Of a stretch of DNA of 64,000 nucleotides, positions 12,183-23,741 are shown piece after piece; the stretch's first letter is position 1, and every line of letters starts with the position of its first letter. The translations under genes were made by a program, and so were the position numbers. Origin of the DNA: Mobula hypostoma (lineage: Eukaryota); the NCBI RefSeq assembly GCF_963921235.1, contig NC_086108.1, positions 86,306,001-86,370,000 of the forward strand, read 5' to 3'. Under the pieces are notes generated by a model, which was given only the letters and a program-made list of their open reading frames with translations, was not told where the DNA came from and made no database searches.

Positions 12183-12580
12183 TGTCACTAGGTTCGGATA
12201 TGGCCCAAGTGCAGAGTGAGAGACATTGAAGCAGGTCGGTAGTTCACAGACTTTAATGTGAATAATGTTAAAGGGAAAAGAAAACAATAAATGCTAGGCC
12301 AAAACAGGGCTGTTAACTAAAACTCTCAAATGGAAAACGATGCCTACACTACGGCTGAAAAGAACAACTGAAAATAAAACGAATACCACTAGTCTTCAGA
12401 GTCAGTTGACTCAACGGATCAATTTCTCAGGCAAGGCAGAAAACAGGCAGTGAAGCGTTGCTGTGTCCAAGTCTCAACAAGCACTACAACAATCACAATG
12501 AAATGATAATGAGCTGACACATGCATATTCACAAGCGCAATTGCTGTATCTACTGCAATGCCGAATCCGTGGTTGTGACA
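12183..12580 (-). repeat. Chromovirus 5' LTR
   Basis: TGTCAC...GTGACA termini; 24 bp shorter than the 3' LTR. Confidence 0.93.
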
Positions 12581-14299
12581 ATAACAGCTTAGTATGGCTT
12601 GTGCGGAAGAACGATGAGACATGGCATATGATGGTTGACTGTTGACAGTTGAACAAAGATACACCGCTTTTCACAGCGGCTGTCCTGGATGTAAGACCAT
12701 AAGATCATAAGATATAAGACCAGATACAGGCAAGTGGTTACCTTCCTGAGGGAGTAGGGTTGTTCTATCAACACTGACAAGATACAAGGCCCCAATTAAA
12801 ATGTTCTATTCCTGGGCAGAAAGTGGCATTCTAGGCAGCAGGAGAAACATGAAAGGGCCGAGTAGGAGATCTTGAATGCTGCAGACCCCTACTCCAGGGA
12901 GGAGATGTTGTGCTTTGTTAGGGCTCCTTTGGTACTGGGGCCAACATATCCCCCACCTGACTATCATATTACTCCCCCTATACTGGGACTTCCACAAAAA
13001 GATCGCTTTCCAGTGGGGCCCCAAACAGCAAGCGGCCAAGCAGGCAGGGGAACAAGCTGTCCCATTATCCCCTAAACAGAGTGGAGTACCCTTTGAGCTG
13101 CAAGTTTCAGCTGCCCCTGGAGTGGCTGAGTGGAACCTGTGACAGGTGTTGAGGGGTGTCACATCCCCTTGGAGTTTTGGACAAAGGCTTTACCCGAGAC
13201 AGTGACCCAATGCAACCCCTTCGAGAGGCAGTTGTTGGCTTGCTGTTGGGCCCTCCTGGCCACTGAGCACCACACAGCCTCTGAGCCAGTCATGCTGTGA
13301 CTGCATCTCCCTATCATACAGTGGATTAAGTCAGACAATGCAACTCCAAAGAAGGCCATTTCCAATGGTCTTCAATTGTTGAATAGAAATGGTGTATTAC
13401 AGGTAGGGCAGTGTAAGGTCCTAATGAGGTGAGCTGTCTTCATGAACAGGTTTTGTCCCTGTCCGACAATGACCTCTGCATCCATGACAAAGTCCCTACA
13501 ATTAATCCCTCACCTGTACAATGAGGTAAGCCATATGACAATTTGACCCTTGAGGAGAAACAACAAGTCTTGTTCACCGATGGCTCCAGCCTTTGGCAGG
13601 GCTGCAAGCAGTGGTGGAAGGCTATTGCTATCCACCCTATGATGAGTAAAGTCGTTACACAGGAGTAGGTTTGTGGGGTGGGGGGGGGGGGTGGAGGTGC
13701 TGTCAACTGGCTCCGTTGATGGCTGTGACCATGCCCTCTGAGAGGCCACTGGACCTGTTAGTATTAGAGTCCATATTGACTCCTGGGCAGTGACCAGTGG
13801 CATGGTGGTCTGGATGCTCAGTGACACGAGCAAACCTAGGAGGTGCAGGAGCGACCTCTTTCCCTGTTTGGAACAAAGCTAGAAGGAAGCACACTGGCAG
13901 AAGTTTATGGTCCACCATGTAGATGCTCACACCACTCGGGACACTGAGGAGCCCACACATAATGCTGCAGCAGACAGAGCGGCACAGGTCAGGATGGTCA
14001 CCGCGTGTTCCAAGGTCACCTGGCAGTCTAGGCACTCCAGAAGATTGGACACTTAGGGGTGGATGGGACAAAGAAATGGATGGAGACTTGACGGGTGGTG
14101 ATAATATACGACAAAGCCTAAACATTGGTCATAAGCTGTCCGACCTGCCAACATGTGAAGCCCAGGGGATGGCTGGAAGTTTAGTCGGGACACATCCTGA
14201 GGGTATGAGAGCTGGATATGCGGATCCTGGGCCTACTGCTGCTATCCAGGGTCTATGATGCTGTATGTACACCACCTCATTGCCCTGGATGAGCACCAC

Positions 14300-14811
14300 A
14301 CCCATGATGGCCAGCATAGTATGAGGTTTATCACAGAGGGAGAAGAGTTTTGGACAATAGCCTTTCCCCAGTATGGTATGGCCAGACCGCCCCAGGAACT
14401 GAATCGTATGACTTCTATGACAAACACTGACAAGCAAGATAGCCATTGCTCTCAAACACGTGGATTATGCGATCTTCTGAATATTGGCCAAAATAATGGC
14501 TATTTGAATGGTTGCCTTGCAGAAGCAGATGGCCTAAAGCTAACTGCTTGCAGAGAAAGGAAGTACTTGTGTTGCTATTGGTCAAGAATGCTTCACCTAC
14601 GTTCCTAATGAGTCAGGGAACATTAATAACCTGGTTGATTGTATCTGACAGCCAGTGGGTGTGCTTAAGTAAGAGGGGGACCATTTACATAGCTATTACA
14701 CTCTGGGGGAAGCTGGTAGCTTTTTGGGGCACTAAGAGGTTGGTGGACTATCGTAGTACACTGGTAGTGACTATTGGGATTATAGTACTGGTTCTTGCTA
14801 TTTTTATGTGA
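14300..14811 (+). pseudogene. env: ERV env transmembrane subunit remnant
   Basis: Degenerate furin site HSMR, then FITEGEEFWTIAFPQYGMA; at 14508 MVALQKQMA*S*LLAEKGSTCVAIGQECFTYVPNE (ISD plus CX6CC-like); anchor TLVVTIGIIVLVLAIFM; spread over three frames. Confidence 0.85.
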
Positions 14812-14880
14812 GGCATTTGCAGAGGTTACACTAGCCTGAAGGTCGAATTGTCGCGAGGTTGGGTCTTTCAAAGGGTGCAA

Positions 14881-15391
14881 TCTAACGTGGTATTAACATA
14901 CCTGCCTGTTCAAAGTCACTTATGCCATGCCAGTCGTTGATTAGCCCATGTGAAGGATGTGGCAGCTCTCTCCAATTGGCTGGGTTTCACACCAGTGCAC
15001 GGGCTTCCAGTTTCGGGCACCCCAGGTGTATACAAATAACGCATGCAAGGTGCTCTGGGGCTTCCCTTCAGACTGGGTCATGGCCAAGGCTAAAGGACCA
15101 CTGGGGAAGTGTTCTGCAGAAAGGAGGGCCCACACGCGCACTTGGATAAGTATCTGTTGAATGTTTAGTGTTGTCGCTGTGTAACTTGGGGAAACTTAAT
15201 AAAGTACCTGTTTGAGTTAGATGTGTTATTTAATGTTTATTGTCATAGTTTTGTAAGTTAGGGAGCTTGGATAAATACTTGTCTGACTTAGATACTTGGC
15301 TGAGTGTTTCACTGTTTGTAAATAAATAGTTAACATGCTTACTCACAATCAGTGCCTTCTAACCCACCTCCTGAACCTGCTCCACGTAATA
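14881..15391 (+). repeat. ERV 3' LTR
   Basis: Colinear with 6186-6713; followed by the TSD TGTAC. Confidence 0.85.
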
Positions 15392-15884
15392 TGTACTCAC
15401 ATCCAAACTAGGAATCTTTTTATTAAAAGGAAATGCCAATCTTTAACTCTATTTAATAAAGAGGGTTAAAATGGAATTAATAGAGATCTTTTAATATTAA
15501 TTCTTATTTCAGATTCATTGTCACTATCCTGTCAAAATGCACCAATTTTTGTAACATTGAATAGTTCATGTAACAGAAATACTCAATTATATTTTTATAC
15601 AGCTATGAGTTGTGAAACATTTAAAATCTTTACTAATAAGTTTCTCCTGTTGAGAATTAAATATTCCCTAAAATCATAATATTTTAGCTTCAGGCTGCTG
15701 ATACTTCAATTATAATTCTATTGTCGCCTCGTGTTAAATCTAATTTAAAATATTCTCAGGTTGCAAATAGACATTGAAATAAACCTATCTGAGGCTCTCA
15801 GATACATTAACAAAGTAGCCTTGAGAGCCAAAATCATTTTAAATACAATACCTAATGTTAACTATCCAGAGATGCCTGTCTTCC

Positions 15885-16580
15885 TGTATGTGGACTTTAG
15901 GAAGGGGAAGTCAGCAGTAAACACATCAGCCCTCATTGAATGGTGGAAAGGGTGAGCAGCTTCAAGTTCCTGGGCATCAGCATCTTAAAGGAACCTGTGC
16001 TGGGCCAATATATAGTAATGCAATCGTGTAAAAGGGACTCCAGTGGCCCTATCCCATTAAGAGTTTCAGGGGATTCTGTATACCTCCAAAGACAATTACA
16101 AGTTTCTATAGATGTACTGTGGAAAACATTTTGACTGGCTGCATCACAGCCTGGCACAGAGGCTCCAATACACAGGATTAGGAGGGTGAAGAGGGTTGAA
16201 GATTCAAACGAGACTGAAGAGGATTATAAATTCAGCCAACTCTGCCACTGGCACGGTGCTCCCCACAATCAAAGACATCTTCAAGCGATGGTGCCTCAAA
16301 AAGATGGCGTTCATCGCTGTGGACCCTCACCATTAGGACATAACCTCTTCTCATAACTTCAGTGAGGAGGTAGAGAAACTTGAAGATTCACGCACTTCAG
16401 GTTGTCCCACTCCAGCATCAGATTTCTGAATGATTCACGAACCCAGGAACCACCCCATTATACTCTATTTCTGCACCATTTATTTATTTTGTAATTTTAT
16501 GTACTGCACTGTACCATTGCCACAAAACAAGAAATTTCATATAACCCAAGACAGTGATAATAACGTTGATTCTGATTCTT
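15885..16580 (+). mobile_element. Rex1/Babar-type LINE 3' fragment
   Basis: VDFRKGK...VERVSSFKFLGI; ends in a GATTCT-repeat tail. Confidence 0.75.
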
Positions 16581-16634
16581 CTGCAAGCTATTCACAGATT
16601 GAATGTCTCCTAACAAGTGAGCTATATATCTTCC

Positions 16635-16720
16635 TAGAGATGCTGTCTGGCCTGCTGCGTTCACCAGCAACTTTGATGTGTGTTGCTTGAATTTCCAGCA
16701 TCTGCAGAATTCCTGTTGTT
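16635..16720 (+). repeat. Penelope-like terminal repeat fragment
   Basis: gatgctgtctggcctgctgcgttcaccagcaactttgatgtgtgttgctt is near-identical to 57342-57391. Confidence 0.55.
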
Positions 16721-16779
16721 AGCTATATATCTTCCATCAGGACTTCAAAGCTGTCTGTACCCCATCTCCCATCATGAAT

Positions 16780-18885
16780 CTGGAGGAGTCTGGAGGCAGA
16801 GGAGCAGATATAGGATTACCTTGAGTCCATGGATTGAGCCATCTTCAAGGACTCATCAGAGGATCTGAATGAATATGCCATGATTGTCATGGACTTTATT
16901 AAATCAATCATGGATGAGTGCATCCCCACAATTATTCAGAAGCACTGGATGAACCAAGAGCACCATGATCTTCTGAGGGCCAGATCCATGGTCTTCAAGT
17001 CTGGTGACCAAGCTAAGTACAGGAAGTCCAGCACGGCTTCAAAAACCCATCTCACGTGTGAATTGGCAATTCTGGACCAAGCCTAAATCACAAAAGGTTG
17101 CTCAAAAGCTGCGGCAGAGTTTAAATGCTTTTACCTCCTACAACATAAAACCAAACAACATATGTGACAACAGGGTTTCACTCTCAGATGAGCTCAATGT
17201 CTTTTACCCTTGCTTTGACTGACAAAACATGGAGGCATCTTCACGAATTCCCATAGCCCCAGGTAATTTCAGTCTCTGAAGCTGGCATGAGAGCATTCTT
17301 AAGGAGGATAAACCCACAGAAAGCATCTGGTCCAGATAGGGTACCTGACCAAGCTCTCAAGGCCTATATTAATCAACTGGCTGGAGTGTAATCTCTCGTT
17401 TTGCCAGTCTGAGATACTCACCTGCTTCAAGTAGCTTTCAGTTATACTGTTGCCAAACAAAAACATTGTAACCTGCCTCAATGACTATTGTCCAGTAACA
17501 CTTATATCTACTGCGATGAAGTTCTTTGAGAGGTTAGTGAGAAAACCTATCAACTCCTCCTGAGAAATGACTTAGGTCCACTCTAATTTGTCTACCAAGT
17601 CCACAGCAGATGCTATTTCATGGGCCCCTAACTCAACCCTGGAACATCTGGACAGTGAAGATGCATACATTACTTCTTCATTGATTACAGCTTCGCATTT
17701 AACACTATCATCCCCTCAAAACTGATCAATGAGCTCCAGGACCTAGGTCTTGTCACCACCTTGTGCAACTGGATCCTCAAATTCTTCATTTGCAAATCCC
17801 AGCCAGTTCAGATTGGCAATGAAATCTCCTCCACAATCATCATCAACACAGGTACAGTGCAAGGCTCTGTGCTTAGCCCTTTGCTCTACTCACTTTCTAC
17901 TTATGACCGTGAGACTAAGCACAACTTCAATGCCATATCTAAGTTTCCTGACAACACCATTGTTGTAGGCCAAATCAAAGATGGTGATAAAACAGCATGT
18001 AGGAGGGAAATAGAAAATCTGGCTGAATGTTTCCACAACAACAATCTCTCACTCAATGTCAGCAAAATCAAATTGATTACAGGTGTTGGTAACACGAGGT
18101 CCATGAGCTAGTCCTCATCAGCAGATCAGAGGTGGTGAGGGTAAGTAACTTTCAAGTCCTCAGCGTCATCATTTCAGATGATCTGTCTGGGTTCAACACA
18201 AGAGTGCCATTATAAAGAAAGGACAGCAGTGTCTCTATTTCTTTGGAAGTTTATGAAGATTCAGCATGTCATTTGAAACTTAGACCAACTTCTGTAGGTG
18301 CACATGGAGAGTATACTGATTGGTTTCATTATGGCCCGATATGGAAACACCAATGATCTTGAATGGTAAAGCCTACAGAAAGTATTAGATACAGCCCAGT
18401 CCATCACGGATAAAACCCTCCCCACCAATGAGCATTTCTACAAGCCCACCACTCTCTTCTCGCAGTTAATATCGGGAAGGAGGTCAAAGAGCCTCAGGTT
18501 CCACACCACTAGGTTCGGGAACAGTTATCATTCCTCACCAATCAGGCTCTTGACCAGAGGGGAAAACCTTCACTCAACTCCACATGCCCCAACACTAAAA
18601 TGATTTCACAACCATTCGACTTGCTTTCAAGGACTCTTACCATTGGTGTTCTTGATATTTATTACTATTTTTAAAAATTTATTATAATTTTTTTTAAATA
18701 TTCATTATATAATATACACTATTCATTGTCTTTTGCACATTGGTTATTTGTCTGTCTTTGTCTTTTCAGTTTTCGTTGATTCTGTTGAGTTGTTTTGTAT
18801 TTACCATGAATGCTCACAAGATGATGAATTTCGGGGTTGTATATGGTGACATGTATGTACTTCGATAATCGATGTACTTTGAACT
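16780..18885 (+). mobile_element. Rex1/Babar-type LINE, 5' truncated and decayed
   Basis: SLSDELNVFY; CNWILKF...GTVQGSVLSPLLYSL...KFPDNT...LSLNVSK; 3' tail tgtactttgaactt. Confidence 0.85.
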
Positions 18886-21800
18886 TCTCCTACCACCATT
18901 TCCCGGCTCTCTGTACCCATATTCCATTGTGAATTCAGAACAGTTCCTACACGCCTTCCCAGCGAGTAGAGGCCTATCGGTATACACTTCTCCTACCACA
19001 ATGGCAGCCATAATGGCATTCCCGCCAGGGAGTGGAGAAAAAACTGAAGATCGTCCATTATCAACCCTGTTCTGTTTTCCTCATACCTTTCAAAAATATC
19101 TGATGGTGGAGTTCCAGCCTCATGTCAAAGCCATATTCAAAGTTCAAGGTGGGGGGGGGGGGTGGTGTGTGGTGTGAAGGACACGAATCATGTGCTGTCA
19201 GAAGAGATTTAGTTTAATTTCGCATCGTGTTCAGTATAGACATTGTGGGCAGAAAAACCTATTCCTGTGCTGTACTGTTCTACATTCCTGCCCCTTTAAG
19301 GCTATCAAATTCAATTTTATTCAATAATTCTCCTGCAAGCTACGTTCCTATTTAATGAATAGTTCTTGTGTATAAGGTTCTTCAGTGGACAATAATGGAC
19401 TTTCCAGACACAAAGATGAATCTGCAAGCCTCTTGCTTAATCGACCAGACAGCGGAGTTTAAAAGCTGCTGCTTGATGTCCAATCAACTGACATTATTGC
19501 CACTTAATTGTACATTCCTCTTCTTTCCTGTTTTAATGAAATGATATGCATGCTGTGTGTGGAGAAATATATCGGAGCGTGTATCTGCTTCTGTGTTTTC
19601 TATCCCCAGCTGAGTTCCCATTGATAGAAAAGCCAATCAGTCTGGTTCAAGTGCACTGCATTAATATTCATATTTTCTTTTCACTGAATCATTTTCCAGA
19701 TATGGAAGATATTAATGCTGGAAGAAGACTTATTTTCTTTAAAAAACTAATTACCAGTCACTATACAGTTATTAATGGATAATAAAAATCCACCTTGTTT
19801 ATAAGCCTTAGAGAGAGGTGACTCACTCATGGTTAAGACAAATAATTTCTTATAGCCATTCCCTGATAGCCAGTAGTGCTAAACATACAATATTGAAGTA
19901 TCAGCTTGTTATGCGTTGTCTTGGAAATACATCCCAGTGAAATTAATGAACTTAGGAGGCAGACTGCAAAATATTGATGCTACTACATTGTGCATTTGGA
20001 GCTACTGAGGAGAGATGAAATTTGATGCAATTTTTTAATTTCAGTTTTTGCACAGCTTATTTTAACTATTGAATATACATGTATATAATTGCTGTAATTC
20101 AGCTTTTTTCTATAATTATCATAAATTGCATTGTACTGCTTCTGTAAAATTAACAAATTTGACACTATACGCCAGTGATATTAAACCTGATTCTTATTCT
20201 GAATTAACATCTGTGTGGAAATGTCAATAGCTTTCAGACATTTTTATGTAATGTGGAACTGCAGATCACAGGACAGCACCGCTCAGTGCATTATGCTGTG
20301 CTGGAAAGATGATAGAATAATCCAAATCCAGTCTCTGCCTTGCTTTCTCCTTTCAGCCTTGTATGCTTTATGTATTTATTCTACTTCTACTTACTGCTCC
20401 ATGAAAAAATCTATATTCCAGAATTTGACCTTTTGTTACCAAGTCGGTAGAGGGAATTTGAATTTGCTAAAATAGACGTATAACCTACAGAAGTCAAAAA
20501 GATTGGGTGACCCAGTTCACTTCAAGAATGTTGCTCAATCAGTGAAAAACTTCTGAAATGACAGCACATCTGTAAATCTACGTCTTAATTTTATTGTACT
20601 TATTCTGGTCATTTATCTCGTGAAATCAGGCGTTTGGAGGAAGAACTGCATCAAAAGGGTTTATCCATAGTGAAGATTCTGCCCATAGACTTCTTTCCAG
20701 TCCTGATTTATTAGTTTGTAATCAAACAATTTTCCAATTGCACAGTCTCCAGTTACTCTTCAATTCTGCAATGTGGAGTTAGATATCTGCAGTGTTGAGA
20801 GTTTTTGTCAAACAGCTTCTCAAACTGAGAACCTAACTGATAGACTTAACTGCATAATGCCAGAAAATAAGACCATACGATCTGGGAGCACAACTAGGCC
20901 ATTTGGCCGATTGAATCTGCTTTCTCATTTCATCATGCCTGATCCATTTACCTCTCAGCCCAAATCTCCTGCCTTCCCCCTATATCACCTCATGCCCTGA
21001 CTAATCAAGAATCTCTCAACCTCTGGTTTGAAAATACCCAATGACTTAGCCTCCACAGATACCTGTGGTAATAAATTCCACAGATTCACCTGGCTGAAGA
21101 AATTCCTCTCCTCTCCATTCTAAATGGACATTCCTCTATTTTGAGGCTGTGCCCTCTGGTCCTAGACTCCCCCACCATAGGATGCATCCTCCCCACATCC
21201 TCTCTATCAAAGTCTTTCAACATTTGATGGGTTTCAATGCGATCACCCCTTCATTCTTCTGAATTCCAGGGAGTGTAAGTCCAGGACCTCTACTGGTCAT
21301 CATATGTTAACCCCTTCATTCCCAGAATCATTCTTATGAACCTCTTCTGAACCCTCTCCAACAGCAGCACATCCTTTCTTAGATAAAGGGCCAAATCTGC
21401 TCACAATACTCCCAGTGAGGTCACACCAGTGCTTTATAAAGTCTTAACATTACATCCTTGCTTTTATATTCTAGTCCACTAGAAATGAATAAAATCATTC
21501 CTTGCCACTGACTCAACCTGCAAATTAACCTTTAGGGAATCGTGCACAAGAACTCCCAAGCCTCAATGGACCTTGGGCTTTGAATTTTCTCTCCACTTAG
21601 AAAATTCTCTATGCTTTTATTTCTTTCTACCAAAGTGCTTGACTATACAATTTCTAACACATTATTCGATGTGCCATTTCTTTGCCCATTCTCCTAATCT
21701 GTCTAAGTCCTTCTGCAGATTCCCTGCTTCCTCAACATTACCTACCCCTCCACTTATTTTTGTATCATCCACAAACTTGGCCAAAGCCATCAAATCTGTC

Positions 21801-23453
21801 ATCCAAATCATTGATATTTAACATAAAAAGAAATGGTCTCAGCACAGACCCCTGTGGAACACCACTAGTCACCAGCAGCCAACCAGAAAAGGCTCCCTTT
21901 ATTCCCACCCTCTGCCTCCTGCCAATCAGCCAATGCTCTCTCAATGCTAGTATCTTTCCTGTAATGCCATGGTCTCTAATCTTGCTAAGCAGCCTCATGT
22001 ATGGCACCTTGTCAAAGGCCTTCTGAAAATCCAAGTACACTACATCCACTGATTCTCCTTTGTCCACCTTTCTTGTTATTTCTTCAAAGAATTCCAACAC
22101 ATTTTCCAGGCAAGATTTTGCCTTAAGCAAACCATGCTGACTTTGACCTCTTTTATCATGCACCTCCAAGAACCCCAAAATCAGATCCTTAACAATTAAC
22201 TCCAAAATCTTCCAACCACACTTGATAAGGTACCCCATGCAAGGCTTATTGAGAAAGTAAGGAGGCATGGGATCCAAGGCGGAATTGCGTTGTGGATCCA
22301 GAACTGGCTTGTCCACAGAAGGCAAAGAGTGGTTGTAGGCAGGTCATATTCTGCATGGAGGCCGGTGACCAGTGGTATGCCTCAGGGATGTGTTCTGGGA
22401 TCCCTACTCTTTGTGATTTTTATAAATAACCTGAATGAGGAAGTGGAGGGTTGGGCTAGTAAATTTGCTGATGACACAAAGGTTGGGTGTGTTGTGGATA
22501 GTGTGGAGGGCTGTCAGAGGTTACAACAGGACATTGATAGGATGCAGAACTGGGCTGAGAAGTGGGAGATGGAGTTCAACCCAGATAAGTGTGAGGTGGT
22601 TCATTTTGGTAGGTCAAATATGATGGCAGAATATAGTATTAATGGTAAGACTCTTGGCAATGTGGAGGATCAGAGGGATCTTGGGGTCCAAGTCCATAAG
22701 ACACTCAAAGCTGCTACGCAGGTTGACTCTGTGGTTAAGAAGGCATACGGCGCATTGGCCTTCATCAATCGTAGGATTGAGTTTAAGAGCCAAGAGATAA
22801 TGTTGCAGCTATATAAGACCCTGGTCAGACCCCACTTGGAGTACTGTGCTCAGTTCTGGTCACCTCACTATTGGAAGGACTTGAAACCATAAAAAGGGTG
22901 TGGAGGAGATTTACAAAGATGTTACCTAGATTGGGGAGCATGCTTTATGAGAATAGGTTGAGTGAACTTCTCCTTGGAGCGACGGAGGATGACAGATGAC
23001 TTGATAGAGGTGTACAAGATAATGATAAGCATTGATCGTGTGGATAGTCAGAGGCATTTCCCCAGGGCTGAAATGGCTAGCACGAGAAGGTATAGTTTTA
23101 AGGTGCTTGAAAGTAGGTACAGAGGAGATGTCGGGTAAGTTTTTTACGCAGAGAGTGGTGAGTGCATGGAATGGGCTGCCGGCAGTGGTGGTGGAGGTGG
23201 AAACGATAGGGTCTTTTAAGACAGGGGTCCCCAACCTTTTTTGCACCGCGGACCAGTTTAATATTGACAATATTCTTGCGGACTGGCCGACGGGGGGGGT
23301 GGGGGGGTGGGGGTGCGCAGGGGTGGTGTGGGTGGTGGGTGTTGATCACAACCGGAATACAGGTGATAAGTCACTTATAAGTGGCGAATACACTCAATTT
23401 TGTTTCTAAAGGTCTTTACCTAACGAATTTAATATTAAACACACAGCCATATT

Positions 23454-23700
23454 GGGCACAGGAGTACATTTAGCCGGAGACTCATTCCACCGAGATGCAA
23501 CACAGAGCGTCATAGGAAGCCATTCCTACCTGTGGCCATCAAACTTTACAACTCCTCCCTTGGAGGGTCAGACACCCTGAGCCAATAGGCTGGTCCTTGG
23601 CTTATTTCCTGGCATAATTTACATATTACTATTTAATTATTTATGGTGCAACTGAAACAAAAACCAATTTCCCCCGGGATCAGTAAACTATGACTATGAC
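23454..23700 (+). mobile_element. Rex1 3' end fragment nested in the hAT
   Basis: RSTFSRRLIPPRCNTERHRKPFLPVAIKLYN and a (TATGAC)n tail. Confidence 0.75.
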
Positions 23701-23741
23701 TATATTTTCCTCGCATGAATGTAGTGATAAGTCAATCATAA

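Larger units (their letters stand above)
7599..12580 (-). mobile_element. Sushi-like chromovirus (Ty3/Gypsy), near full length, decayed
   Basis: LTRs 12183-12580 (5') and 7599-8020 (3'); TSD ATAAC (7594-7598 and 12581-12585); minus-strand PPT TAGAGAGGGGGTCCC at 8021-8035; gag, PR, RT, RH, IN and chromodomain motifs. Confidence 0.95.
7464..14160 (+). pseudogene. pol: ERV pol remnant (7464-7598 joined to 12586-14160): RT N-terminus, RT end/thumb, connection, RNase H, integrase zinc-finger region
   Basis: KQYRI...IDALLWEGIICPATFPYN|SLVWLVRKNDETWHMMVDC*QLNK; GCSINTDKIQGP; LLGLLWYWGQHIPHL...FQWGPKQQAA; PLEFWTKALP...PFERQLLACCWAL; PYDNLTLEEKQQVLFTDGS; IDSWAVTSG; HHVDAH; GHLG...CPTCQ. Confidence 0.88.
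6186..15391 (+). mobile_element. Endogenous retrovirus, class III (ERV-L/ERV-S-like) gag-pol with gamma-type env remnant; heavily deleted and interrupted by a chromovirus
   Basis: Diverged LTR pair 6186-~6713 and 14881-15391; perfect 5-bp TSD TGTAC (6181-6185 and 15392-15396); PPT-like AAAGGGTGCAA before the 3' LTR; ERV-L-type gag, RT, RNase H and IN motifs; env TM motifs. Confidence 0.88.
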
